In this document: piece after piece, positions 26,559 to 35,340 of the stretch | Layout of the letters: each line of letters starts with the position of its first letter | How positions within the stretch are numbered: the stretch's first letter is position 1 | Assembly: GCA_964601295.1 (NCBI GenBank) | Contig: CAZRMY010000004.1 | Coordinates: forward strand, 1 to 41,374 | Reading direction: 5' to 3' | From: an uncultured Thermoplasmatales archaeon | GTDB lineage: Archaea; Thermoplasmatota; E2; DHVEG-1 | DNA: 41,374 bases | Made by a program: the position numbers and the translations under genes | Notes under the pieces: model-generated | Database searches by the model: none | Told to the model about the DNA's origin: nothing | What the model saw: the letters and a program-made list of their open reading frames with translations, nothing else

Positions 26559-26870
26559 TCGTGTTAAATTTCTTTTTGGTAATAATTGTACCATAAATCC
26601 TTTATAAGTAGAAAGCAACCAATGCATGACGAAACATGAGAGTTATTGGTTTGCTATCCACACAAAAAGAAGCTAACGAAATTAAATATATCGCCAATGT
26701 GTGTTCTGTTGAAAATCGTATTCGTTTTATTGTGCATATACAAAAAATAAAGCGGTTATTAGATAATCAAAATGAATAAAATCACTATGTCTTTTTTCGA
26801 TAACTTAATGAGTTTGCAGGTACTTTAAGCACCATAGTATAGTACCAATAATGTGAGACTGTTGATATAA

Positions 26871-27743
26871 ATGGCAATCGTGATAGTTTCTTCTTTTGAG
26901 GATCCTGCTGGAACGAATATTACCTCCCAACTACAAAAACTTTCATCTTGGCACACGATAGATTCATTTAACAATCAGCCGGTTTATGCATCCGATGAGT
27001 TTTCACAGGTATTGTTGACGTTTATTGATGATCGAACAATTTTCCATGAGCATCTTGATAAAGAGTTACAAAGCGCTCTTAGGATATCTATTGATACATT
27101 GGTTATCGCTTCAAGGCATACTAGTAAAAAGGGCATCCCAACGCTTACAGTGCATCCTATTGGGAATTATGGCAACGCTGATTTTGGCGGGCGATCGCAC
27201 ACGTTAGTTCCTGCTGCACCAGTCATAATGACTTCGTTACTGCGTAATATTAAAACTAACACTCGAAATAGCAATCTCGATCATCAGGTTTGTTTCGAGG
27301 TAACACATCATGGCCCACTCGTAAGTGTACCAACAGTGTATATAGAAATAGGAAGTACTGAGGTAGAATGGAAGAGATTTAAACCCGCGGAGGTCATCGC
27401 CCAATCAATTTTGGATTTTTTTATAGCTCAGAAAAATGGAAGAAACTTGCAGAACCATAATCACGTGTTAATTGGTATAGGTGGGGGCCATTATGCACCT
27501 CGGTTTTCTGATGTTGCCTTTCAGAAAAAGGTGGTTTTTGGTCATATGATTCCATCGTACCAAGTGAATGCAGGGAATATCTTGGAAGATATCCTTGAAA
27601 AGACTGTTCAGTCGACTCCAAGGGTGTCGGGCGTGTATTTCCATAAAAAAGCGTTACGTAAATCATGGATACATACGGTGTCCTCATGGTTTACTGATAA
27701 AGGGATTGCCATAGTATCAAGTAAAGATTTACCTGATTTATGA
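26871..27743 (+). CDS. dtdA: D-aminoacyl-tRNA deacylase, archaeal DtdA (Dtd2) type
   Basis: 290-aa ORF. N-terminus MAIVIVSSFEDPAGTNI, internal TVHPIGN and LIGIGGGHYAPRF are typical of the archaeal tRNA_deacylase family. Confidence 0.7.
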   Translation: MAIVIVSSFEDPAGTNITSQLQKLSSWHTIDSFNNQPVYASDEFSQVLLTFIDDRTIFHEHLDKELQSALRISIDTLVIASRHTSKKGIPTLTVHPIGNYGNADFGGRSHTLVPAAPVIMTSLLRNIKTNTRNSNLDHQVCFEVTHHGPLVSVPTVYIEIGSTEVEWKRFKPAEVIAQSILDFFIAQKNGRNLQNHNHVLIGIGGGHYAPRFSDVAFQKKVVFGHMIPSYQVNAGNILEDILEKTVQSTPRVSGVYFHKKALRKSWIHTVSSWFTDKGIAIVSSKDLPDL

Positions 27744-28667
27744 ATGAAGGTTTTTAGTGGCCAGTAGATGTGCTTGTCGTAAGGGTTCAGGTTGTTTATA
27801 TGTACAGAGGTTCTTAACGATAGTATTTGCGGTTGAAAAAGAGATGTTGTTTCCTGGTGAGATGTAAATGGGCTTTGTTGCGCGAGGTGAACTATGTAGA
27901 AGGGTCCCCCGTAGTTCATTTTGATAATATATTTTGTTGTCTTGAGGCTTCCCAATAAGTAGATTTTTGGCAACACCTATCGTTGGTATTTGCGTTGTTG
28001 CTCCTACGTGTGCGGCTAATCCAAGTTTATATGGGTGAAGGATGCCATTGCCATCCAGTAGTAATACTGAGGGTTTTGTTTGTATTTTCTTTAAAAGAAT
28101 GGTGATAAAGGGGAGTTCCCGGAAGGTTAGATATGTGGGGATATATGGGAAGGTGCTGCAGTGAAATATGAGATGTTTCTCGATGATTTCTTTGGTACGA
28201 TAGTTGAGTGCGATGTATGCGCCACAGGCTTTTTCAAAAGCGTTTTTCGGGTATGCGACATCTATTCCTGCAACTATGTTGATATTGGTGAATGTGTCTT
28301 GGAGTGTAATTTTTTTTGATAGTTGTATTTGTTTCTCACGAAGTTTTTTAAGGGGATAGGTGGTGGTAAAATCATCAAAAAATACTTGTTGAAAGTCATC
28401 GATGTAGCCGTTGGTCACGGTGATGTTGTCTTGCTGTAAACGTCTGATTTTATCTTGTATCCCTCGTCCGAATCCTCCGAGTCGTCCATCGGAGTGTACT
28501 ATTTTGTAGCAGGGCATGGTATCTGCGTTGGGGTTTTGGTTCATCATGTACCCCACGGCTCTTGATGCGCGTATGTCTCCTAGGGCTTTAGCTACTGCAC
28601 CGTATGAGGATATTTTCCCGGGTGGGATTTGACGGACGAGATCGTAGGTGTATTCGAAAAGGTTCAT
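27738..28667 (-). CDS. nfi: Fusion protein: O6-alkylguanine-DNA alkyltransferase-like DNA-binding domain (variant PCYK site) + endonuclease V
   Basis: 309-aa ORF. aa 1-~90: VRQIPPGKISSYGAVAKALGDIRASRAVGYMMNQNPNADTMPCYKIVHSDGRLGGF (AGT C-terminal domain; PCYK at nt 28503-28514). aa ~100-309 carry EndoV motifs VAGIDVAY, YLTFRELP, LLLDGNGILHPYKLGLAAHVG and PTIGVAKN. Confidence 0.82.
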   Translation of the reverse strand: MNLFEYTYDLVRQIPPGKISSYGAVAKALGDIRASRAVGYMMNQNPNADTMPCYKIVHSDGRLGGFGRGIQDKIRRLQQDNITVTNGYIDDFQQVFFDDFTTTYPLKKLREKQIQLSKKITLQDTFTNINIVAGIDVAYPKNAFEKACGAYIALNYRTKEIIEKHLIFHCSTFPYIPTYLTFRELPFITILLKKIQTKPSVLLLDGNGILHPYKLGLAAHVGATTQIPTIGVAKNLLIGKPQDNKIYYQNELRGTLLHSSPRATKPIYISPGNNISFSTANTIVKNLCTYKQPEPLRQAHLLATKNLHS

Positions 28668-28745
28668 AAAGGTGCATTATCTACGGCTTGTTTAACTTTG
28701 CTTATCTGCATCTTTTTTTTTGATGTAGGTTTGGAGAATAGAGTT

Positions 28746-29516
28746 ATGAATTACGTTAAATTCTTGGGGACAGCTGGAGCGCGCTTTGTGGTATCAAGGC
28801 AGCTGAGAGCATCTGGGGGTATCTGGCTTAATCTTGATGATACGAATGTGTTGATAGACCCAGGTCCGGGATCACTTGTTCGCTGTCTTAAGAGTCGGCC
28901 ACGGTTAAATCCAATGGGTCTTCATGGGATCATTCTTACACATCGGCATCTTGATCATTCAAATGATATTAATGTTATGATTGAGGCTATGACCAATGGT
29001 GGGTTCAAACCGGGGGGTGTTGTTTTTGCACCAGGTGATGCACTTGAGGATGATCCAGTTATTTTGAAATATGTTCGTTCCCATGTTGATGACATACAGG
29101 TATTGAAAGAGAAAGGATCGTACACTCTTGGCAACATCAAATTTACGACACCAGTGAGACACCAGCATGGTGTGGAGACGTATGGTTTAGAGTTGCAGAG
29201 TAGCACCTGCAATGTATCATTGATTGCGGATACAAAATATTTCAAAGACCTTGAAACCTATTATCATGGTGATGTGGTTATTATAAATGTAGTCTTGGTG
29301 GAAAGCAAGGATCATATTATGCATCTTTCTCTTGATGATGTAGAACGTATCATTACATACATCAAACCGCAGGTTTGTGTGTTAACACATTTTGGTATGG
29401 GTGTGATAAAGGCCAAACCTTGGGAGATTGCGAGAGAGATAGCAGATACAACGGGTGTTTCAGTGATTGCCGCACGTGATGGCATGATGATCAATTTAGA
29501 CGAGTTGGTCAAATGA
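28746..29516 (+). CDS. MBL-fold metallo-hydrolase
   Basis: ORF 28629..29516 trimmed to ATG 28746 (MNYVKFLGTAGARF), which removes the overlap with the divergent nfi fusion start. HxHxDH motif ILTHRHLDHSND. Confidence 0.7.
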   Translation: MNYVKFLGTAGARFVVSRQLRASGGIWLNLDDTNVLIDPGPGSLVRCLKSRPRLNPMGLHGIILTHRHLDHSNDINVMIEAMTNGGFKPGGVVFAPGDALEDDPVILKYVRSHVDDIQVLKEKGSYTLGNIKFTTPVRHQHGVETYGLELQSSTCNVSLIADTKYFKDLETYYHGDVVIINVVLVESKDHIMHLSLDDVERIITYIKPQVCVLTHFGMGVIKAKPWEIAREIADTTGVSVIAARDGMMINLDELVK

Positions 29517-29596
29517 ATGGTTTTTAGGTTTTAAGGATATACTGTATGTGAGTATTGAAGGTAAAACTAGGTTTTTTAACACATTACACTATGTGA

Positions 29597-30598
29597 TTGA
29601 GTGAGACGGGTACGTGGCAATCAATGTTAAAACACTATCATGCTATTCTTGAGGAGCATGCACTACCACGGTATGTGCTGTCGAAGTATGTGCCTGTGGA
29701 TTACTCTGGCTCTGAATCTGTTTCGGGTTTATGGGAACTTCATAAAAAGGCTTTTGGTGGGTACAAGGTTGAAGATGTTTGTCCAGATCAGTCGCTATTG
29801 GATTTAAAAAGGGAGCTTGCGCAGCATATTTTTTCGTCTTGTGTTTTTTGTGAGCATCGATGTCAAATAGATCGAAATCAACAGGCTGGGGCATGTGGCG
29901 TACAAAAAGCTCGTATTGCCTCTGAATTTTTACATATGGGCGAGGAACCGTTTTTGATTCCTTCGTATACTGTTTTTTTCTCAGGGTGTACGTTTCAGTG
30001 TGTGTTTTGTCAGAATTGGGATATTAGTCAGCAGCTGTGTGGACTGGAGGTTGCGCCAGATAAGTTAGCTGAGTTGATTACAGTGAGGACGCGTGAGGGT
30101 GCGCGGAATGTGAACTGGGTTGGGGGTGATCCTACATCCAATCTTTTGTATATTCTTGTAGTTTTAAATTCATGTACTAGTGATATCCCTCAGGTGTGGA
30201 ATTCAAATATGTATTGTTCTGAGGAAACTATGCGATTGTTAGATGGTGTGATTGATGTCTTTTTAACTGATTTTAAATATGGGAATAATGGGTGTGCGCA
30301 ACGATTGTCAAAAGTACCTAATTATTGGGAGGTGGTTACCAGGAATCATCGGTTGGCAGGTGAGCAAGCAGAGGTGGTGATACGTCATCTGGTGTTACCG
30401 GGGCATGTTGAGTGTTGTTCAAAACCGGTTATGAGATGGATTGCTGAATTTTTGCCTGAAGCCGTGGTGAATGTGATGGGTCAGTATCATCCTGCGTATC
30501 AGGCTCAGCGTTATGACGAGCTTGCATTTCCGGTTGATCAACGAGAGGTTGAGCAGGTAAAAGAGTATGCACAGCAGCGGGGGTTGTTTCTTGTTTAA
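29597..30598 (+). CDS. Radical SAM protein, PflX-like (COG1313-type homolog of pyruvate formate-lyase activases)
   Basis: 333-aa ORF (TTG start in the track; alternative ATG at 29624). N-terminal Cys cluster CVFCEHRCQIDRNQQAGACG. Radical SAM motif FFSGCTFQCVFCQNWDISQ. Confidence 0.68.
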   Translation: MSETGTWQSMLKHYHAILEEHALPRYVLSKYVPVDYSGSESVSGLWELHKKAFGGYKVEDVCPDQSLLDLKRELAQHIFSSCVFCEHRCQIDRNQQAGACGVQKARIASEFLHMGEEPFLIPSYTVFFSGCTFQCVFCQNWDISQQLCGLEVAPDKLAELITVRTREGARNVNWVGGDPTSNLLYILVVLNSCTSDIPQVWNSNMYCSEETMRLLDGVIDVFLTDFKYGNNGCAQRLSKVPNYWEVVTRNHRLAGEQAEVVIRHLVLPGHVECCSKPVMRWIAEFLPEAVVNVMGQYHPAYQAQRYDELAFPVDQREVEQVKEYAQQRGLFLV

Positions 30599-32340
30599 TA
30601 TAATCGTCTGTTGTATGTGAAGTACATGATGATGCCGATTGCAAGGATGATGACAACAATCAGGGCTAGGATCCCGTGAGAAAAGGCATTCTGGTTGATG
30701 ATAGTAATCGTGGTAGTGGCCGTGGTGTAGCCTGTTTTTACGGTTCGTATCGTATAGGTTTCATCCCAGTTTACCTCTGATGCAGTAAATGAGACGATGC
30801 CGATGGCATTGGTTTTTTTGGTGGTGTCTCTGAAGGTGACATCTGCGTTGGCGATGGGTGTGTTGTCGATGGAGCGGATGGTGACGTTGAATAGCTGGTT
30901 TTCTTGGATGCGTGGTGGTGCATGAATGTAGAGTTGTTTTTGTGTGTGGTTTGCAGTGGTGGTATCAAGTATTTTTATAGATGCCGTAGTAGGTCTATAT
31001 CCTTCTTTGTGAATTTGGATCTGGTAGTGTTTGTCAAAGGTTACCTCTGGTGCTGTGAATACTGTTGCACCATTGTCATTTGTTTGTTGTGTGTGATGGT
31101 TGAAGGTCACTTGAGCGGTAGGTATTGGATAGAAAGTATCATCGTGGATGAGTATGGAGAATTCCTCGTTTTCGTAGACGGTTCGTTCGTAGGTGGGGTA
31201 TAGGTTGTTTGGGCTCTGTGCTCGTATGGTGAGTGTTTCTTCTGCGTAGTTATAGCCATGTTTTTGCGCGTAAAAATAGCATTCACGATCAATGGGCGTG
31301 TACGGTGCGTTGGTGGTGAGTATTCCTGCAGTGTCGGTGGTTGAGAGTAGGGCATCCTGGTATTGGATGCGTGCATCAGGGATTGGTTGGTTTGAACTAT
31401 CGGTGACCATGAACGTGATGGGCGCTCCTTGTGTTACCTCGGTTGGTGTGATGGTTAATACAAGGTTTTCTGATGCAGAGTTGTTGATTAGGGTTATTGT
31501 GTGTGTGGTGGTGCCGGTGAAGGTTTGGTACCTGTTTTTGGTGAATATGAGGTAACAGCTGTTGGTTTCGGTTAGGGCGGGGGTTGAAATGGTTGCAGTG
31601 CCTGTGGCGTCTGTTGTGTATTCTTGTATTTTTGAATCATTGTAGTAGAGTTCTATGAGAACATTTGGGATGCCGGTGGTGATTCCTTGGACCATTATGT
31701 CGATGTTTTCTTGGTTTGGTGGGAGGATTGAAGGGGCGATTAATTCCATGAGTTGTGTCCCTTGTCCTGCTTCATAGATCTGTAGAACGCTTGTGTTGGT
31801 GAGGTATCCGGTTTTGTTTACGCGTATGCCATAGTTGGTGGTTATGAGTACATCTGGTGCGGTGATGATTGCCTGGCCTGTAGTATTTGTATGATAGGTT
31901 ATTGTGTTGAAAAGTAGGGTTGCATCGCTGATTGGGTGTAGTCCGTCGGTTACGGTAACTGTAAATGAACTGTTCTCAAGAATGGGTTCTGAGGGGGGCT
32001 GAAGTTGAAGGAGACTGGTGGTATTTTTTACAAAAATGGTATGCGTTGCTTGCTCTCCGTTTGGCAGAGATGCAGTTACGGTGTAGAATCTTCCTTGCGC
32101 TGGGACAGTAGGCATAGTAAAAGTTATTCGGCCTGTGGAGATGTTCGAGTACACTGGCGTTGTCTGCCCCTGGAGAAGTACACGTGCTTGCACGGGGGTA
32201 TTATCATATGTTATTGTGAAGGTGACACTATCATTTTGGTATGCTTCAATAGGGCCATCGATATGGAACTTTGATATAGAACCTGTGGCAGCAGTACTTA
32301 CCATAAGTAAAAGTAGTAGCAGTGTTAGAAACCCTTTCAT
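30595..32340 (-). CDS. Surface protein with six tandem carboxypeptidase-regulatory/Ig-like repeats and a C-terminal TM anchor
   Basis: ORF 30595..32367 (GTG). ATG at 32340 gives MKGFLTLLLLLLMVSTAATGS (signal peptide-like). Six ~85-95-aa repeats share the ..(P)I(S/P/A).A.(V/L).F......T(N/D)..G.....AP(D/E)V......I...K.GY motif. Many N-x-T/S sequons. C-terminal ILALIVVIILAIGIIMYFTY then NRRLY. Confidence 0.55.
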   Translation of the reverse strand: MKGFLTLLLLLLMVSTAATGSISKFHIDGPIEAYQNDSVTFTITYDNTPVQARVLLQGQTTPVYSNISTGRITFTMPTVPAQGRFYTVTASLPNGEQATHTIFVKNTTSLLQLQPPSEPILENSSFTVTVTDGLHPISDATLLFNTITYHTNTTGQAIITAPDVLITTNYGIRVNKTGYLTNTSVLQIYEAGQGTQLMELIAPSILPPNQENIDIMVQGITTGIPNVLIELYYNDSKIQEYTTDATGTATISTPALTETNSCYLIFTKNRYQTFTGTTTHTITLINNSASENLVLTITPTEVTQGAPITFMVTDSSNQPIPDARIQYQDALLSTTDTAGILTTNAPYTPIDRECYFYAQKHGYNYAEETLTIRAQSPNNLYPTYERTVYENEEFSILIHDDTFYPIPTAQVTFNHHTQQTNDNGATVFTAPEVTFDKHYQIQIHKEGYRPTTASIKILDTTTANHTQKQLYIHAPPRIQENQLFNVTIRSIDNTPIANADVTFRDTTKKTNAIGIVSFTASEVNWDETYTIRTVKTGYTTATTTITIINQNAFSHGILALIVVIILAIGIIMYFTYNRRLY

Positions 32341-32513
32341 TAGAACGCTTGATCGTTTGTGAAGCACTGTTAATCCCTCCTCATAGGTACACAGTGTGTG
32401 ACTGTAGTATATGGGAGATAACGCTGTCGATATTTAACTTTTTGTCGCTGGTGATACCTAAATGTTATTAAAACTTTCATTGCTTACCCTTTTTTATCTG
32501 GGGTGAATCCTGG

Positions 32514-33236
32514 TTGAACTGGCGGTATATTGACACGGGTTGTGCGGATCCCTGGTATGTGACCGCAGCCGATGAAGCACTTGCAGTAGCCCGGCAGCAA
32601 AATCGTATCCCTAACACGATACATTTGTATCAACGAGCGCCCTCAGCAGTCTCGATGGGCTGTTCGCAGTCCATAAATGATATTAATGCAGATTACTGTC
32701 AGCATCATAACATCCCGCTTATACGTCGAAGTTCAGGTGGCGGATCGATTTATACAGACCGCGGCTGTTTAATTTATAGTCTTGTTTTTAACCCTCTTGA
32801 CCAGGGGTTATCTACACCGCAGATAGTCTTTGATCGTGTATGCGGATGGCTTGTTAACGCTTTGAAATCATTACATATTACCACGACGCATAAACCTCCA
32901 AATGATATTCTTCTTAACGCCAAAAAGATCTCAGGATCCGCGCAACGACGTAAACCGCCCATAACACTCATCCATGGCACCCTGCTTGTAAACACGGACT
33001 TATCCGTGATGGAAAAGGTTCTCCCGCACTCTGTTACACCGGTCACGACACTGTACAAAGAAATACCAACTGATTCCCCTTCTTTTGATCAGCTTAAAAA
33101 CGCATTAATTAGCACCAGTGAACACTCTTTTAATATGCATGTTTGCCCAGGTGCGTTTACCCCGTATGAACAGCAATTAATTAACAAATTACTTGATACT
33201 CGTTACCATTGTAATGAATGGACTACCAAGAGATGA
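32514..33236 (+). CDS. lplA: Lipoate-protein ligase A-like enzyme, catalytic (BPL_LplA_LipB) domain only
   Basis: 240-aa ORF, TTG start. Motifs NTIHLYQRAPSAVSMGCSQS, LIRRSSGGGSIYTDRGCLIYSLV and KKISGSAQRR (lysine of the acyl-adenylate site context). No C-terminal accessory domain. Confidence 0.72.
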   Translation: MNWRYIDTGCADPWYVTAADEALAVARQQNRIPNTIHLYQRAPSAVSMGCSQSINDINADYCQHHNIPLIRRSSGGGSIYTDRGCLIYSLVFNPLDQGLSTPQIVFDRVCGWLVNALKSLHITTTHKPPNDILLNAKKISGSAQRRKPPITLIHGTLLVNTDLSVMEKVLPHSVTPVTTLYKEIPTDSPSFDQLKNALISTSEHSFNMHVCPGAFTPYEQQLINKLLDTRYHCNEWTTKR

Positions 33237-34123
33237 TATACACCATGAATATCCATGTGACAAAAATCAATGCGTTTGCCCCTTCTTTTTCTGGGGGCAA
33301 CCCGGCAGGTGTCGTAATTCATCCACCTGAGCATTTACGTGATGAGCAGATGAAACGGATTTGTCAACAATTATCTGTATCAGAGACTGCTTTTGTGTTT
33401 CCAAGTGATAAAGCAGATTATACACTACGCTTTTTTTCTCCTGAAACAGAAGTTGCTCTCTGCGGTCATGCGACTATTGCTGCGTTTCATAAGATAGCCT
33501 GGAGTCAAATGCAACCTAGTGAATCATCCGTTACTCTCACTCAGCAGACTAACGCAGGGATTTTACCCGTTCACCTATACTTTTCTGATGGCAAATGTAC
33601 ACGGGTGATGATGACTCAGGCAACCCCACAAGTAGAACAGCTATCCTTGGATTATGACGTGATTGCAACAGCACTGGGCGTAACTAGTGATCAGATTGAT
33701 ACCTCCCTTCCGCCGCAGCGTGTATCCACCGGGTTATTCACGTTGCCCGTGTGCATATCCTCCTTGCAGGTATTACGCAGGATCACCCCGGATTATCAAC
33801 TTGTAAAAAAGATATGTAACCAGCAGGGTGTTGGAAGCATGCATGTGTTTTCATTTGAAACAATTGAAACAGACTCAGTGTATCATGCTCGTAATTTCGC
33901 TCCAGTTTATGGAATAAATGAAGACCCAGTAACTGGTACGGCAAATGGTGCTACCTGTTGGTATCTTCGTGTAAATAACATTATCACCGGTTCCAATTTT
34001 ATGTGTGAGCAGGGAGATGTTCTTAATCGTTCAGGGCGCGTATTGGTAGCTATCAACGATAATCACGTTAAGGTTGGTGGTCAGGCAAAACAAGTGGCAG
34101 AATATGATATAGAGGTGGATTGA
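33233..34123 (+). CDS. PhzF-family isomerase/epimerase-like protein
   Basis: ORF from 33218; ATG 33233 overlaps the lplA stop (ATGA). Motifs INAFAPSFSGGNPAGVV, SETAFVFP, FFSPETEVALCGHATIAA and DPVTGTANG. Confidence 0.75.
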   Translation: MIYTMNIHVTKINAFAPSFSGGNPAGVVIHPPEHLRDEQMKRICQQLSVSETAFVFPSDKADYTLRFFSPETEVALCGHATIAAFHKIAWSQMQPSESSVTLTQQTNAGILPVHLYFSDGKCTRVMMTQATPQVEQLSLDYDVIATALGVTSDQIDTSLPPQRVSTGLFTLPVCISSLQVLRRITPDYQLVKKICNQQGVGSMHVFSFETIETDSVYHARNFAPVYGINEDPVTGTANGATCWYLRVNNIITGSNFMCEQGDVLNRSGRVLVAINDNHVKVGGQAKQVAEYDIEVD

Positions 34124-35340
34124 TAGTGTTATCAAATCAAGAAAAAGATGTTCTCTCTCATGCGATTTGCCCGTTGAATCTAGATCCTGAGGTGTTAGGG
34201 CAGTTCAAACTTCCTAAGGATATTAGTATTTATGATAGTACATTACGTGATGGGGAGCAGATGCCGGGGGTGTCTTTCACTGATGAACAGAAACTTTGTA
34301 TCGCCCGTAAACTCGATGAAATAGGTATCCCTGAAATCGAGGCGGGTTTCCCCGTTGTTTCAAAAAACGAGCTTAAAGCCGTACAGGCTATTTCACGTGA
34401 GGGTTTGGATGCTCGTATTCTGGTATTATCACGGTTACGTAAGCTGGATATTGATGCAGCTATAGATTCTGAGGCGGATGTGATTTTGTTGTTTATCGCT
34501 TCGTCACCATTACATCTGCAGTATAAACTGCATATAACCCCTGCTGAGTTGAAACAACGGGTGATTGAGTCTATTGATTATGCGCAGGATCATGGGGTAA
34601 CAGTGAGTTTTAGTACTGAGGATAGCACGCGTACGCCGTTATCGTTTTTAGAGGAGCTTGTGTGTCTTGCAGCTAAGCAGGGGGTGCAGCGTATTGGGTT
34701 TACTGACACGGTAGGTTGTGCAACGCCGCAGGCGATCCAGTTTTTGTATAATCGTATGTCGCAGTTGGTGTCTCTTCCTTTTTCAGCGCATTTACATAAT
34801 GATTTTGGGCTTGCATTGGTTAATGCGCTTACTGCGTTGAATGCAGGTGCACGATATGTGTGCACCACGGTGAATGGATGGGGTGAGCGTGCCGGGAATG
34901 TACCCTTGGAACAACTGGTGATGGCAATTCAGACGTTGTATGGCCGTGATCTTGGGATTGATACCACTGGTTTTTCTGCGTTATCCCAGATGGTCGCTGA
35001 TTTTTCTGGTCTCCCTGGCCCCCGGTTGCAGCCTTTTGTCGGCTCGCAGGTGTTTACGCATGAGTCAGGTATCCATGTTGCGGCTATGCTGGAGAACCCC
35101 CGAACTTATGAGGCAGTATCGCCAGCTCTGGTGGGTAACACACGGCATTTAGTCATCGGAAAGCATACGGGTCGTCATATTATTAAATGGAAGTTGCAGC
35201 AGCAGGGCATTGAGGTCTCCACGGGTATGCTTGATAGAATTATTACTGAGGTTAAGAGCAGGGGCGAGCGTAATGGTGCTCTCTCTGATGAGGAGTTGTC
35301 AAGTATTGCGTTAACGGTTAAACAAGGCGGTAGATTATGA
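34120..35340 (+). CDS. Homocitrate / (R)-citramalate / 2-isopropylmalate synthase family enzyme (HMGL-like domain, no LeuA regulatory domain)
   Basis: 406-aa ORF. TTG 34120 overlaps the upstream stop (TTGA); GTG 34126 is an alternative start. Motifs IYDSTLRDGEQMPGVSF, SAHLHNDFGLALVNALTAL, VNGWGERAGNVPLE and FTHESGIHVAA. Confidence 0.8.
   Translation: MIVLSNQEKDVLSHAICPLNLDPEVLGQFKLPKDISIYDSTLRDGEQMPGVSFTDEQKLCIARKLDEIGIPEIEAGFPVVSKNELKAVQAISREGLDARILVLSRLRKLDIDAAIDSEADVILLFIASSPLHLQYKLHITPAELKQRVIESIDYAQDHGVTVSFSTEDSTRTPLSFLEELVCLAAKQGVQRIGFTDTVGCATPQAIQFLYNRMSQLVSLPFSAHLHNDFGLALVNALTALNAGARYVCTTVNGWGERAGNVPLEQLVMAIQTLYGRDLGIDTTGFSALSQMVADFSGLPGPRLQPFVGSQVFTHESGIHVAAMLENPRTYEAVSPALVGNTRHLVIGKHTGRHIIKWKLQQQGIEVSTGMLDRIITEVKSRGERNGALSDEELSSIALTVKQGGRL

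Noticed and set aside
26635-26712. ATG-initiated mini-ORF (25 codons, MRVIGLLSTQKEANEIKYIANVVFC) in the 312-nt spacer
   Set aside because: Too short, with no SD and no recognisable peptide family. Mentioned only within the spacer finding.
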